64,000 bases of DNA from Clostridia bacterium (GCA_050950825.1 JBMNIH010000009.1:96001-160000), one strand, 5' to 3'. Shown: positions 40,538-51,309, counted from the stretch's first letter. Numbers and translations are program-made. Notes: generated by a model from the letters alone, not told the origin.

Positions 40538-40706
40538 CGGGGTAGAATAAAATTAAAATAATGAACTGTCACGAACGAATGAAATCCCGATTACGAAAAT
40601 GGTTGCACCGTATCGGTACGATATGGTAATATGATGAACGAAGGAATTGGTAATCTATAAATTTTTAACCGATTTTCATAAGATCGATTGGAAGAGAGGT
40701 AGAAAT

Positions 40707-41264
40707 ATGATATATGCAGGTGATTTTAGAAACGGAATCACTTTTGAGATGGACGGATCGGTTTATCAAGTTGTCGACTTCCAACACGTAAAACCGGGAA
40801 AAGGATCGGCGTTTGTAAGAGCAAAGATTAAGAATGTAATGACCGGTGCCATCGTAGAAAGAACATTCAACCCTTCGGATAAAATGCCGAGAGCGGTCAT
40901 CGAACGCAAAGAGATGCAGTATCTGTACAGCGACGAAGATCTGTACTACTTTATGGATACGGAATCCTACGAACAAATTCCCATCGGGAAAGACGTTTTA
41001 GGTGATTCTTTGAAGTTCGTCAAAGAGAATGAAAACGTGGAAGTCTTGATGTACAAAGGCAGTGTGTTTGGCGTTGAGCCTCCTTTCTTTGTGGAACTGG
41101 AGGTTATTGAAACCGAACCGGGCTTTAAAGGTGATACGGCAACGAATGCAACAAAGCCGGCGAAGGTTGAAACCGGTGCCGTTGTAAAGGTTCCTTTGTT
41201 TGTAAACCAAGGCGATAGAATTCGTATCGATACTAGAACCGGCGAATATATGGAAAGAGCATAA
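40707..41264 (+). CDS. efp: Elongation factor P
   Basis: [28 protein letters not shown]; gagagg RBS before ATG 40707. Confidence 0.98.
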   Translation: MIYAGDFRNGITFEMDGSVYQVVDFQHVKPGKGSAFVRAKIKNVMTGAIVERTFNPSDKMPRAVIERKEMQYLYSDEDLYYFMDTESYEQIPIGKDVLGDSLKFVKENENVEVLMYKGSVFGVEPPFFVELEVIETEPGFKGDTATNATKPAKVETGAVVKVPLFVNQGDRIRIDTRTGEYMERA

Positions 41265-41310
41265 AGCCTTTTCGAACAAGTTAATCTGAATTTGATGAAT
41301 ATAGAAATAG

Positions 41311-41349
41311 AGGAAGATTTAAGCGAATCGTTTGAATCTTCCTTTTTTT
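41311..41349 (+). terminator. Intrinsic terminator after efp
   Basis: aggaagatttaagcg/cgtttgaatcttcct plus T tract. Confidence 0.75.
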
Positions 41350-41476
41350 CTGTGAAATTCTCCTTTTTTTCATGAACCTTTCCCTTTCCAATTTCTTGTA
41401 CTATTTACGGTTGTCCAAAAATACAATAGAAGTAAGCATAATGTAAGAAATCCGTATCAGGAAGAGAGGCCGAAAT

Positions 41477-42460
41477 ATGTTTGCCGTCAAGTCGGAGTAT
41501 GATAAAACATACGGCTCCGTGTTAAGGATTTTCCCGGAGCATATTCGTATTCCTTTGGAATTATTGCCCGGAAATCTATGGAAGCATGTCAATGAAATCC
41601 GATTACGAGCCGCAGCTCCCATTATGGTTTGCATCCAAGGCCGGTACCGGTATTTGCACGAATTTACGGACAAAGCTTGCGGGCCCGGTAATACGGTATT
41701 GCAAAAGGATCTACGTAACGTTTTGGAGATGGCTACCGAGCATTCCGTATACACCTACCAAGAAGACATAAAAAAAGGCTTTATTACCGTCAAAGGAGGG
41801 ATTCGGATCGGAATCTGCGGCAGGGTACATATGAAAAACGGGGAAATTGTGAATATTCATGAAATCTCTTCTTTGAACATAAGAATCAGCAGGGAGTACC
41901 CGGGATGTGCCGTGCCTTTGATGAAATATATAGTTGACGACAACGGAAATATTGCTAACACCTTGATCGTTTCGCCTCCAATGTGCGGAAAAACAACGAT
42001 TCTAAGAGATATTTGCCGTTTGCTTTCGGACGGATATACCCCGGGTCCCATTCCCGACGGGGTTAACGTAGGTCTGGTAGACGAGCGATCGGAGATCGCA
42101 TCCTGCCTGAACGGCGTACCTCAAAAATACGTCGGGAAAAAAACGGATATTTTAGACGACTGCCCGAAGGTTTTAGGAATGAACATGATCATACGCTGCA
42201 TGTCTCCTGCCGTTGTCATAACCGACGAAATGGGCAGCGAAGAAGACGAGCAAGCGGTTATGAATGTCTTAAACGCCGGTGTGAAAATCATCGCATCATC
42301 CCACGGGTACTCCATGGAGGATATGCATATTAAGCCCGGGATCGAGAAGCTGATGAAAAGAAAAGTCTTTTCCCGATACATTGTTTTGTGCAATAGAAAC
42401 GGACCCGGAACCTTAAAGGAAGTATTCGATCATACCGGTTTCAATCGAATTTACGGGTAG
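41477..42460 (+). CDS. spoIIIAA: Stage III sporulation protein AA (ATPase)
   Basis: EIRLR, SLNIRISRE, PPMCGKTTILRD, VDERSEIA, MSPAVVITDE. Confidence 0.95.
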   Translation: MFAVKSEYDKTYGSVLRIFPEHIRIPLELLPGNLWKHVNEIRLRAAAPIMVCIQGRYRYLHEFTDKACGPGNTVLQKDLRNVLEMATEHSVYTYQEDIKKGFITVKGGIRIGICGRVHMKNGEIVNIHEISSLNIRISREYPGCAVPLMKYIVDDNGNIANTLIVSPPMCGKTTILRDICRLLSDGYTPGPIPDGVNVGLVDERSEIASCLNGVPQKYVGKKTDILDDCPKVLGMNMIIRCMSPAVVITDEMGSEEDEQAVMNVLNAGVKIIASSHGYSMEDMHIKPGIEKLMKRKVFSRYIVLCNRNGPGTLKEVFDHTGFNRIYG

Positions 42461-42548
42461 AAAGCCGGATTTTTGTAAACTTCGGGAATGAAAGCGAAAA
42501 GCCGTCATATAGATTAAAAAGCAAAGGTTTGAATCGAGGGGGTGAATC

Positions 42549-43076
42549 ATGTTTGTCTTTGTAAAGGTCATAGGAATAGCGATGATACTTACGGGCTGTA
42601 CCATGATCGGAATTACGGTATCCGGTTCATTCGTACGAAGGATACGTGAGCTGCAAGATATCAAGTCTTTTCTTGCGATCTGCGAAACATCCATGAACGA
42701 TATCGGCATGCATACTCCGGAGATTCTCCGGCAATCGCAAGCCTATTTAAAAACGGAAGTGAAAGCATTTTTGAAAAGCGTGTCGAATCGATTGCAATCC
42801 GAATATCCGGATTCTTTAGCGAAGATTTGGAAGGAAGAAATCGAAGTACATCGGCACAAATTGTCACTGACGGAGCAAGATCTTCGGGTTTTGGCCGATA
42901 TCGGAAGCTTTTTAGGAACCACGGGTCCGGAAAGCCAACGAAAGCTGATCTTAAGGATCACCGGATTGCTTGATAAACATATGGAAGATGCGGAAGCCCT
43001 CAGGAGTAAAAATCAAAAAATAATGTTGAACATGGGGGTATTAGGAGGGCTTGTCCTCGTTTTGATTCTGTTATGA
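42549..43076 (+). CDS. spoIIIAB: Stage III sporulation protein AB
   Basis: Position in the operon; KVIG...G, RIREL, LG, C-terminal GVLGGLVLVLILL. Confidence 0.88.
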   Translation: MFVFVKVIGIAMILTGCTMIGITVSGSFVRRIRELQDIKSFLAICETSMNDIGMHTPEILRQSQAYLKTEVKAFLKSVSNRLQSEYPDSLAKIWKEEIEVHRHKLSLTEQDLRVLADIGSFLGTTGPESQRKLILRITGLLDKHMEDAEALRSKNQKIMLNMGVLGGLVLVLILL

Positions 43077-43089
43077 AGGAGTTTTTAGC

Positions 43090-43284
43090 ATGGAAATTGA
43101 TTTGATATTCAAAATAGCTTCGGTAGGCATTATTGTTGCGGTTTTGAACACGCTGCTCAAAAACAGCAATCGTGACGAGCAGGCGATGATGGTGACCATT
43201 GCGGGCTTGATAATCGTACTGATGGTTATTGCGAAGGAAATTTCCTCCTTGTTTTCCGCGGTACGAAATTTGTTTAACCTTTAG
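43090..43284 (+). CDS. spoIIIAC: Stage III sporulation protein AC
   Basis: IDLIFKIASVGIIVAVL...RDEQA...LF. Confidence 0.95.
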   Translation: MEIDLIFKIASVGIIVAVLNTLLKNSNRDEQAMMVTIAGLIIVLMVIAKEISSLFSAVRNLFNL

Positions 43285-43293
43285 GAGTCTTTC

Positions 43294-43680
43294 ATGAATA
43301 TATTTCAGATTGTCGTCATTGGCATTGTCGGGGTATTGCTGGTACTGACCGTTAAAGAGAAAAACCCTGAGTTTGCGCTGGGGACAAGCCTGATTACGGG
43401 TGCCGTTATACTTGTAGCCGTTATCACTCGATTCGACGGCATATTCGATTTTTTAAATCGATATATGACCGTCGACGGATTCAATTCCGACTATATCAAA
43501 ATACTTATGAAGATATTGGGAATTGCTTATGTAACCCAGTTCGGAGCCGAAATATGCAAAGACGCAGGGGCGGCTTCCGTAGCCTCAAAGATCGAGCTGG
43601 CGGGTAAAGTCATTATCTTGTCTTACGGTATACCCATCATCTTATCCTTGCTGGATACGGTGAGGGGAATATTGGGATAG
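43294..43680 (+). CDS. spoIIIAD: Stage III sporulation protein AD
   Basis: KILGIAYVTQFGAEICKDAG, KIELAGK. Confidence 0.95.
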   Translation: MNIFQIVVIGIVGVLLVLTVKEKNPEFALGTSLITGAVILVAVITRFDGIFDFLNRYMTVDGFNSDYIKILMKILGIAYVTQFGAEICKDAGAASVASKIELAGKVIILSYGIPIILSLLDTVRGILG

Positions 43681-43702
43681 AAACGACGTGAATCGAGGAG
43701 AT

Positions 43703-44905
43703 ATGTATAAAAAGATTATGATAATCGTAACCCTGTTTCTTCTTATTTCCTGCTTTTCTGTAGCTCATGCCCAAGAAAGCATCGAGGAAGAGGAGAAGCG
43801 AAATACAAGTATTGAAGACATTATTGCGGAGCAAGCCAAAAGCAGAAATGTAACGGATATACTTGACTCTTTGGAGGAATATTCGCCGGATGAAATCTAC
43901 CGCTATTTTAACGGTATTTCTTTCAACGATCTTTTTCAAGACGCTTTGACCGGAAGGTTTACTCCGGATTTAAACGGCTTGTTTAAAAGCGTTATGGACT
44001 TTATGACCTATGAGATCAAAAAGAACCTGGTTATAATCGTTTATGTTCTGATCATATCGATCATCTACTCCGTTATCGCTTCCATGGCGGATTCCTCAGG
44101 AGTTAAAGGCGTAAAGGATATCACCGGAACCGTTTGCTACGGAGCCATTATCTTAATCATTGTACGAAGCTACATGGATACGGTGAGGATGACCGGAACC
44201 ATGATTGGAGACTTGTCGGGTCTGGTAATGTCGGTAACGCCTTTGATGATCTCATTATTAGCGGCAAGCGGCAACGTGGTAGGAGCGACGACCATGAGTC
44301 CCGTTATGATGTTTTACTCCCAATTTTGCGTAGTGGCCGCGGAAAAATATTTTTTGCCGATGGCCGTATCCTACGGCTTGACCGGGATGGTGAAAGGCAT
44401 AGCGAGCGAATTAAAATTAGACAAATTATGCGGCCTTATTAAAAGCCTTTGCATGTGGCCGATGGGTATCATGCTGACCTTTTTCTCCTTTATATTAACT
44501 CTCCAAAAAAGCATTACCGCAGCGAGCGGCGGGTTATCGGCAAAGCTTATGAAAAGCTTAATCGGTTTTGTTCCCGTTGTGGGAGGGAAGCTGTCCGAAG
44601 CCACCACAACGGTTATGACTTGCTTGAGTATCGTGCGAACGGCGGCAGGGTCGGTTATTATGATCGGTATAGCCGGTATTGCCGCCTTACCGGTATTAAA
44701 AACGGTTGTGCTGGCTTTGATTTATAAAGCGGCTGCGGCTTTATGTGAAATCGTCAGCGATAAAAAGTATGCCGACGTTTTGGAATCGGCTTCCGGTTCT
44801 CTAATGCTAATGGCCGGTATCAGCGGAGTCATATCCATTATGTTCATTATCATTATCGGCATTATTGTCGGTACCGGAAATGCCGCGTTGGCAATCGCTT
44901 CGTAA
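43703..44905 (+). CDS. spoIIIAE: Stage III sporulation protein AE
   Basis: Signal peptide, multi-TM, LLAASG, FVPVVG; position in the operon. Confidence 0.9.
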   Translation: MYKKIMIIVTLFLLISCFSVAHAQESIEEEEKRNTSIEDIIAEQAKSRNVTDILDSLEEYSPDEIYRYFNGISFNDLFQDALTGRFTPDLNGLFKSVMDFMTYEIKKNLVIIVYVLIISIIYSVIASMADSSGVKGVKDITGTVCYGAIILIIVRSYMDTVRMTGTMIGDLSGLVMSVTPLMISLLAASGNVVGATTMSPVMMFYSQFCVVAAEKYFLPMAVSYGLTGMVKGIASELKLDKLCGLIKSLCMWPMGIMLTFFSFILTLQKSITAASGGLSAKLMKSLIGFVPVVGGKLSEATTTVMTCLSIVRTAAGSVIMIGIAGIAALPVLKTVVLALIYKAAAALCEIVSDKKYADVLESASGSLMLMAGISGVISIMFIIIIGIIVGTGNAALAIAS

Positions 44906-44919
44906 AAGGAGGTGATTCC

Positions 44920-45456
44920 TTGAAAGAATTCATATACCGATGGGCGGCCGTTTTTTTAACGTCGGCCGTGACGCTGACGGTGTTCGAGTCGCTGCTGCCG
45001 AACGAGGAAATCAAAAAATCCGCTTTGTTTGTAGGACGGCTGATTTTTCTTCTTTCGATCATTATACCCGTAATCGGCCTTATTAACAGCGGATGGAGCT
45101 TGGACTTATGGCAGTCTTATTACCGATATTCTTTTGAGATGGAAGAGAATGCATTTTCCGGTTCCGTGACAGACGATGACAACCGTCGGCAGATTATTGA
45201 AGACTTGTACTACGAAAACATCGTGAACATAATCGAAAATTACGTGAATCATATCCCGGGTGTCGCTTCCTGTAAAGCCGACGTCATATTGGATCGAACC
45301 GTGGAAAGCGATACCTACGGATATATTAAAAAAATATATGTCTATGTGACCTTGGATAAAACGAAATCCGTACCGCCTACGGCAAAGGAAATTGAAAAAA
45401 GAATATCCGAATATTTTGAGGTGGAATCGGAATATGTTTATGTTTCGGTTATGTAA
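44920..45456 (+). CDS. spoIIIAF: Stage III sporulation protein AF
   Basis: ESLLP...IIIPV N-terminal TMs; position in the operon. Confidence 0.85.
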   Translation: MKEFIYRWAAVFLTSAVTLTVFESLLPNEEIKKSALFVGRLIFLLSIIIPVIGLINSGWSLDLWQSYYRYSFEMEENAFSGSVTDDDNRRQIIEDLYYENIVNIIENYVNHIPGVASCKADVILDRTVESDTYGYIKKIYVYVTLDKTKSVPPTAKEIEKRISEYFEVESEYVYVSVM

Positions 45457-45471
45457 ATATCGATAGGAGGT

Positions 45472-46059
45472 GTGCTTGTGGAAAAAAGTAAAAATATTTT
45501 GGATACCGTAAAAGAGTTTTTTTCAGGGAAGGATAAAACGGGCAAAATTCAATTTCTTGCAATTTTAGTCCTCATCGGTATTTTGCTTGTGATGTTCGCC
45601 AACAGCTTGATAAATCCCTCGTCGAACACGGAGGACGCATATTCCAAAGAATCATTTGCATCTTCGGATGAAACCGTCTCGGGTGACGAGGTTGCATCCC
45701 AAATCGAATCGATCCTAGGAGAAATTAAAGGAGTAGGTAAAGTCAAGGTTTTAATAACGTATAAAAACAGCGGGACGAATGTTTACGCAAAAGACGTAAG
45801 TCGAACAACGGATGCGGAAGAACAAAAATCCCAAGACGGTAAAACCGTCATTAAAAAGACGGAGGATTTGACATCGTCTTTGGTTTTTACGGGTCAAAAA
45901 CAGCCGATTATCGAAGAAAAAACCTCCGCCGAGGTAAAAGGCGTCTTAGTGGTAGCGGAAGGCGCGAACGATCCGACGGTTTGTGCCCAAATTCTTCATG
46001 CCGTTCGCGTTCTTACCGGTGTGGAATCCCATAAGATTGCCATTTGTCCGTACAAGTAA
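45472..46059 (+). CDS. spoIIIAG: Stage III sporulation protein AG
   Basis: ILGEIKGVGKVKVLIT, VKGVLVVAEGA, HKIAI. Confidence 0.92.
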   Translation: MLVEKSKNILDTVKEFFSGKDKTGKIQFLAILVLIGILLVMFANSLINPSSNTEDAYSKESFASSDETVSGDEVASQIESILGEIKGVGKVKVLITYKNSGTNVYAKDVSRTTDAEEQKSQDGKTVIKKTEDLTSSLVFTGQKQPIIEEKTSAEVKGVLVVAEGANDPTVCAQILHAVRVLTGVESHKIAICPYK

Positions 46060-46165
46060 AGGAAATCCTGTGATCGGAATATCCCTTTGTATCGGACAAA
46101 ATTTTACGTATTTTTAGGAAGGACGAGTCATATATATGTACAAATCTTAATTCGGAGGGTATGAT

Positions 46166-46726
46166 ATGAAATCGATAAGAAAAAAACAGATGGTTGTTTT
46201 GCTATTGGTAACGGTTGTTATCGCTGCCGGAATACTGCAGTACAATTACAATAAAAACAACCTGTCATCCGGTGTAACGGGAGATAATTTAGATTCCGAT
46301 TTCGTCAGCGGCGATGTTCAAGTCAGAGATGCGGATCAGGTATCCAATCAAGAAAGCGGAGCGTCCATAGAAGCCAACAGCTTTTTTGCTCAAGCTCGCT
46401 TAGACAGGGAAATTGAGCTTTCCAAGAACGCTTCTTACCTAAAAGAACTGTCCACAACGGCTTCCGTGGACAAAACAATCCAAGATCAAGCTTACGAAGA
46501 GTTTGTAAAGCTTATGGAGCTTTCGGAGCTGAGAACAAGGATCGAGTCCATGATCAAAGAAAAGAATTTTGAAGACGTATTCGTTGCCATCGGCGACGAC
46601 GGCAGTGTGGACGTGGTTGTAAAAACACCTTCCTTGACCCAATCCCAAGTGGCGCAAATATCGGATATCGTGTCAAGGCAAGCGAACGTAGAGCTTTCAA
46701 TGATCCATATTCGTCCCTTATACTAA
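46166..46726 (+). CDS. spoIIIAH: Stage III sporulation protein AH
   Basis: N-terminal TM, FFAQARLDRE, IESMIKEKNFED, VDVVVK, AQISDIV. Confidence 0.9.
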   Translation: MKSIRKKQMVVLLLVTVVIAAGILQYNYNKNNLSSGVTGDNLDSDFVSGDVQVRDADQVSNQESGASIEANSFFAQARLDREIELSKNASYLKELSTTASVDKTIQDQAYEEFVKLMELSELRTRIESMIKEKNFEDVFVAIGDDGSVDVVVKTPSLTQSQVAQISDIVSRQANVELSMIHIRPLY

Positions 46727-46785
46727 TGAGACAACCGCATACATTTTATCTTGAAAGTTAATCATAGAAAATCTATTAATTTCCA

Positions 46786-46827
46786 AAAAAATCATTAAGG
46801 ATGGAAAGTTCTTAATGATTTTTATTT
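46786..46827 (+). terminator. Terminator-like hairpin after the spoIIIA operon
   Basis: aaaaatcattaagga/ttcttaatgattttt. Confidence 0.65.
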
Positions 46828-46932
46828 ATCTAAATTTGTGCCCTCCGCTTTTTCGTCCATGTTTTCATATTGTACGTTTTTTTTGGTTATGGTAATATTA
46901 AGATAATAAAATGAACGACGAGGTTTTTAGCA

Positions 46933-47310
46933 TTGAATAAGGACATTATTCAAATCGATGCGGAAAAGGATACGGTAAACGAAAGTTATCTTACCATTAG
47001 TGAAGAAGCCATTGCCATTATTGTCGGCATGGCCGTCAATCAAATCGAAGGTGTAGCCGGCATGAGCACCACGATAACGGAAGAATTGGCGGAAGTATTC
47101 GGAAGAAAAAGCCAAGCGAAGGGAATCAAAGTGGAGCTCGGAAGCGAAGGTCTGATTATCGATTTGTCCATTATTGTTAAGTTCGGTTACCGAATTCCGG
47201 ATATTGCCTGGAATATACAGGAAAAGGTGAGAAAAGACATTTTAGCGATGACCGAATACAAAGTGGAATCCATTAATATTTACGTACAATCAATCGACTT
47301 TTCCGAGTAG
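46933..47310 (+). CDS. Asp23/Gls24 family protein (YqhY-like)
   Basis: ISEEAIAII, IEGVAGM, KGIKVE, FGYRIPDIA...IQEKV, INIYV. Confidence 0.92.
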   Translation: MNKDIIQIDAEKDTVNESYLTISEEAIAIIVGMAVNQIEGVAGMSTTITEELAEVFGRKSQAKGIKVELGSEGLIIDLSIIVKFGYRIPDIAWNIQEKVRKDILAMTEYKVESINIYVQSIDFSE

Positions 47311-47394
47311 GTTGACCTTAACGGGATTGAAGCAGAGCCGAATGCGATTTACCAAAACGGTGTAAATCGCCCTTAATATATAGTAAAGGATGGA

Positions 47395-48030
47395 GTGAAG
47401 AAGATGAAAGGATTTAAAAAGTTTTGGTTGGTGTTATATCTGTTAATTACAGGCTTGTTTTTTCTTGCAGTCGTGATTTTTGGTGCCGCTCAAATCATGG
47501 AAATTATACAAATCCCTTTGGTGAAACCGCTGGATTATTACTTCACGTTGCCTTCTTTGTACGTAGCGGGCGCCATACTTTTGGTTTTCTCCATTTACGG
47601 CTTGTCTTTAATCGGGACGTTAAGGCGTAGAAGAGGGATCCCGGTTGTTCGTAAAATCACCGCGGAAGGCGACATCAATATTACGGTAGATGCCATTAAA
47701 AACATAGCCGAAACCGTTGTACGCGAATTTCCTTCTTTTAGCCTTGATTCCACCGGTGTTATGGTAAAAGACAATAACGTGGATATTGCCATACGTGTTT
47801 TTGTAAATGATATCAATCACATGACCGATGCGGCTATCAATATGCAGACTCGCGTGAAGGAAGTCATCGAGAGCCATACGGGTATTTTGGTCAACAGCGT
47901 GCGTGTATTGATCAATGACGTAAAAGGCACGAAACCGATTGCTTCATCTTCAGCCATCGTGCCGAAGGAACCGGCAATGCCGGCGGAGCCTCCGAAAAAT
48001 GAGGAAACCAACATCGAACTCGAAAATTAA
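47395..48030 (+). CDS. amaP: Alkaline shock response membrane anchor AmaP-like protein
   Basis: Two N-terminal TMs, GDINITVDAI, QTRVKEVIESHTG; follows asp23. Confidence 0.75.
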   Translation: MKKMKGFKKFWLVLYLLITGLFFLAVVIFGAAQIMEIIQIPLVKPLDYYFTLPSLYVAGAILLVFSIYGLSLIGTLRRRRGIPVVRKITAEGDINITVDAIKNIAETVVREFPSFSLDSTGVMVKDNNVDIAIRVFVNDINHMTDAAINMQTRVKEVIESHTGILVNSVRVLINDVKGTKPIASSSAIVPKEPAMPAEPPKNEETNIELEN

Positions 48031-48066
48031 GAACCGTATAAACTTTAAAAGCGTATAGGAGAGTCA

Positions 48067-48471
48067 ATGGGCAGGAAAAAATCAAGAGATATCGTGGTTA
48101 AGCTTTTGTATCAAAAAGAAATTGTAAAGACCGATATGAAAGAATTAGCCGAGCTGTATTTCCAAGAATACAGCGTGGACCCGGATGATATGGAATTCAT
48201 CCGTGAGCAAATAGAAGGGATTGAACAAAATCTTCCCGTTATCGACGAGCAAATAAAAAAACACTTAAAGAGCTGGGATTTCGAACGCCTTTCCAAACCG
48301 GATTTGGCCATCCTGCGCAATGCCGTGTATGAGCTTCTTTTTAGAAATGATTTGTCGGAAGGCATCATCATAAACGAAGCGGTACTTTTGTGCAAAAGAT
48401 ACGGTTCGGATGATTCCTTTGTTTTCGTTAACGGGATTTTGGGAAACATTGCTAAGAACAGGGGAAATTAA
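48067..48471 (+). CDS. nusB: Transcription antitermination factor NusB
   Basis: RKKSR, WDFERL...DLAILR, INEAVLLCK, FVNGILG. Confidence 0.95.
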   Translation: MGRKKSRDIVVKLLYQKEIVKTDMKELAELYFQEYSVDPDDMEFIREQIEGIEQNLPVIDEQIKKHLKSWDFERLSKPDLAILRNAVYELLFRNDLSEGIIINEAVLLCKRYGSDDSFVFVNGILGNIAKNRGN

Positions 48472-49721
48472 TGACTTCCAAGACATATTATTCGGTATCT
48501 GAAGTCACTCAATACATTAAGAGTATGCTGGATACCGATTCTTTATTATCCAACATTTATATCCAAGGAGAGCTTTCCAATGTAAAGTATCACTATTCCG
48601 GCCATGTCTACTTTACATTAAAAGATCCCTTTGCCGTCATAAAAGGTGTCATGTTCAAAAGCAATGTGAACCGGCTCCCTTTTCGGTTGGAAGACGGTTT
48701 GATGGTGACGGTAAGAGGATACATATCGGTATACGAGCCTTCCGGGCAATACCAAATCTATGCGGATGCCATGAAAAAGCAGGGTACCGGTGATTTGTAC
48801 GAAGCTTTTGAATTGTTGAAAGCCAAATTGGATAAGGAAGGTCTTTTCGATCCGTCGAAAAAAAAGAAACCGCCTTTGTTGCCCGAAAAAATTGCCGTTG
48901 TAACTTCTGCTACCGGTGCAGTGATACGGGATATCATTCATGTACTAAGCAGAAGGTTTCCGAATTTTCATTTGATATTGTATCCCGTACATGTGCAGGG
49001 GAAAGAGGCATCCGGAGAAATCGCTCGTGCCCTTCGGGTCATTAACGATAAGAATCTTGCGGATGTCATCATATTAGCACGCGGGGGAGGCTCCATTGAG
49101 GAATTGTGGCCCTTCAACGAAGAGCTGACGGCAAGAAGCATTTACGAGTCTCGGATTCCTGTCATATCGGCCGTAGGACACGAAACCGATTTTACAATTG
49201 CAGATTTTGTCGCCGATTTGCGAGCTCCTACTCCGTCGGCGGCGGCGGAAATCGTGATGCCTGATAAAGAAGCGCTTGTTCAAACCATTACGGACCGACA
49301 AGAAAGGCTTCTATATGCCGTTTTGAACCGGCTGATGCGAACACGGGAGTGGGTCACGAATTTGTCGGAAAACAGGCTCAAGATGCCCTTGACCTACCGC
49401 TTAGACCAATATCGCTTAAAATGCGACCACATGACTACCCTCATGATCAATCGGATGACTGCGACGGTGCAAGAGCATCGAAACCGGATAGTAGGTTTAT
49501 CATCAAAACTGGATGCGTTAAATCCGGTTAATACCATGAATCGAGGTTTTGCCATTGCGGTACATACAAAAGACGGTTCGATTCTAAAAAGCGTAGACGA
49601 AACGGAGCCCGGAGAACGATTGAGAATTTTCCTCCGAGACGGTACGGTGGATTCCGTGGTTTCCGGCAAAGAAAAACATATGCAAGGGGATTTGTACGAA
49701 GAGGTGATACACGGTGAATAA
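48471..49721 (+). CDS. xseA: Exodeoxyribonuclease VII large subunit
   Basis: GELSN, SGHVYFTLKD, ARGGGSIEELW, SAVGHETD, RAPTPSAAAE. Confidence 0.97.
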   Translation: MTSKTYYSVSEVTQYIKSMLDTDSLLSNIYIQGELSNVKYHYSGHVYFTLKDPFAVIKGVMFKSNVNRLPFRLEDGLMVTVRGYISVYEPSGQYQIYADAMKKQGTGDLYEAFELLKAKLDKEGLFDPSKKKKPPLLPEKIAVVTSATGAVIRDIIHVLSRRFPNFHLILYPVHVQGKEASGEIARALRVINDKNLADVIILARGGGSIEELWPFNEELTARSIYESRIPVISAVGHETDFTIADFVADLRAPTPSAAAEIVMPDKEALVQTITDRQERLLYAVLNRLMRTREWVTNLSENRLKMPLTYRLDQYRLKCDHMTTLMINRMTATVQEHRNRIVGLSSKLDALNPVNTMNRGFAIAVHTKDGSILKSVDETEPGERLRIFLRDGTVDSVVSGKEKHMQGDLYEEVIHGE

Positions 49722-49938
49722 CGAGAAAAGCTTTGAAGAAAATATGCAAGAGCTCGATCAAATTGTAAAAAATATTGAATCGGGTAAATTAAACTTGGAG
49801 GATATGCTGAAGGAGTTTTCTAAAGGAATGAAGCTTTCAAAGTATCTTCTGAAAATGCTGGATGATATCGATAAAAAGATAGAAATGATCGTAGAAAACA
49901 ACCAAAACGAAATAAAATTGACGGATTTTGAAGTATAA
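49714..49938 (+). CDS. xseB: Exodeoxyribonuclease VII small subunit
   Basis: SFEE...L..IV..IESG.L.LE; follows xseA. Confidence 0.92.
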   Translation: MNNEKSFEENMQELDQIVKNIESGKLNLEDMLKEFSKGMKLSKYLLKMLDDIDKKIEMIVENNQNEIKLTDFEV

Positions 49939-49947
49939 AGGAGCGGC

Positions 49948-50835
49948 ATGGATTTTAAGCAACAATTTGAATCGTATAAAACAAGAATCGACAACAGGCT
50001 AAAGACCTATTTTCAAGATGAATGCGAAGAATGCAAGACTTTAATCGACTCGGTAAAATACAGTTTGTTGGCCGGAGGGAAAAGAATTCGGCCGGTGCTG
50101 ATGTACGCCGTATCGGATATGATCGGCTGTGCGGAAGACCGTACCGTTGACGTATTTGCCGCCGCATTGGAAATGATTCATTCCTCGTCTTTGATTCACG
50201 ACGATTTGCCGGGAATGGACAACGACTCCTTAAGAAGAGGTCTTCCTACCAATCATGTGGTGTACGGGGAAGGAACGGCGATTATAGCCGGGGACACGTT
50301 AATGTTTAAAGCCTTTGAAATCGCCGCCGATCACGTTTACAACAAAAGCTTCAAGAAGGGCTCCGTAAAAGCCCTTTGGATGCTAGGAGAGGCGGCCGGA
50401 CACAAAGGGATGACCGGAGGACAAATGATCGATATGGAATCGATTCCCGATAAGACCGATCTTAACAGATTGATTCTGATGAACTCGAAAAAAACCGGAG
50501 CTTTAATTGATTTTGCCGTTAAAGCCCCGATATATATAACCGAAACGGAACACATACATGAAAAAGCCCTGGACGTATATTCCAAAAATATCGGGCAAGC
50601 TTTTCAGATCAAGGACGATATATTGGATTACGAGTCTTCGGAAGAAGAGCTGGGAAAAAGCACAAGCGATGAAAGAAACCGAAAAGCCACTTATGTAACG
50701 GTTTTAGGCTTGAATACCGCCAAAGAACATCTATATGCTTGTTACGATACTGCCTGCAGTGCACTGAAGCCTTACGGGGAAAAGGCGAGCTTTTTACTGG
50801 CTCTGGCGGCCTATGTCAAGGACAGGGGAAAATAA
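49948..50835 (+). CDS. ispA: Farnesyl diphosphate synthase / polyprenyl synthetase
   Basis: GGKRIRP, LIHDDLPGMDNDSLRRG, GQMID, KTGALI, FQIKDDILD. Confidence 0.93.
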   Translation: MDFKQQFESYKTRIDNRLKTYFQDECEECKTLIDSVKYSLLAGGKRIRPVLMYAVSDMIGCAEDRTVDVFAAALEMIHSSSLIHDDLPGMDNDSLRRGLPTNHVVYGEGTAIIAGDTLMFKAFEIAADHVYNKSFKKGSVKALWMLGEAAGHKGMTGGQMIDMESIPDKTDLNRLILMNSKKTGALIDFAVKAPIYITETEHIHEKALDVYSKNIGQAFQIKDDILDYESSEEELGKSTSDERNRKATYVTVLGLNTAKEHLYACYDTACSALKPYGEKASFLLALAAYVKDRGK

Positions 50836-50874
50836 TACCGAAGGATTGATTCTAAAAAGAGACACGGAGGACGG

Positions 50875-51309
50875 ATGAAATCTTTTTTCAGTGAGTACGT
50901 ATATCTTACGGTACCGATATTATCGTGGTTTATAGCACAATTTTTCAAATTTGTATTCGTTATGATTCGATATAGAAAACCGGATTTTAAAAGACTGGTA
51001 GGTTCGGGAGGAATGCCAAGCGGACATTCCGCTTTTATCGTATCCTTTGCTACCGTAACGGCGAAGCATTTCGGAATTTCCTCCTATCAATTCGGATTTG
51101 CCGCAGCGGTAGCCATAATTGTCATGTACGACGCAACGGGTGTACGGCGAGCCGCAGGAAAGCAAGCCGAAATTTTGAACAAAATTATTTTTTCCGGTGA
51201 CAGCACGGTGAAGGTGGAGGAACGTTTAAAAGAATTGATCGGCCATACTCCCATTGAGGTTGTCGTCGGCGCTTTGCTGGGCATTGTTTTAGGATACTTT
51301 TTGTCTTGA
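50875..51309 (+). CDS. Divergent PAP2 family protein (YuiD/DUF212)
   Basis: SGGMPSGHSA, VMYDATGVRRAAGKQA, LKELIGHTP. Confidence 0.93.
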   Translation: MKSFFSEYVYLTVPILSWFIAQFFKFVFVMIRYRKPDFKRLVGSGGMPSGHSAFIVSFATVTAKHFGISSYQFGFAAAVAIIVMYDATGVRRAAGKQAEILNKIIFSGDSTVKVEERLKELIGHTPIEVVVGALLGIVLGYFLS

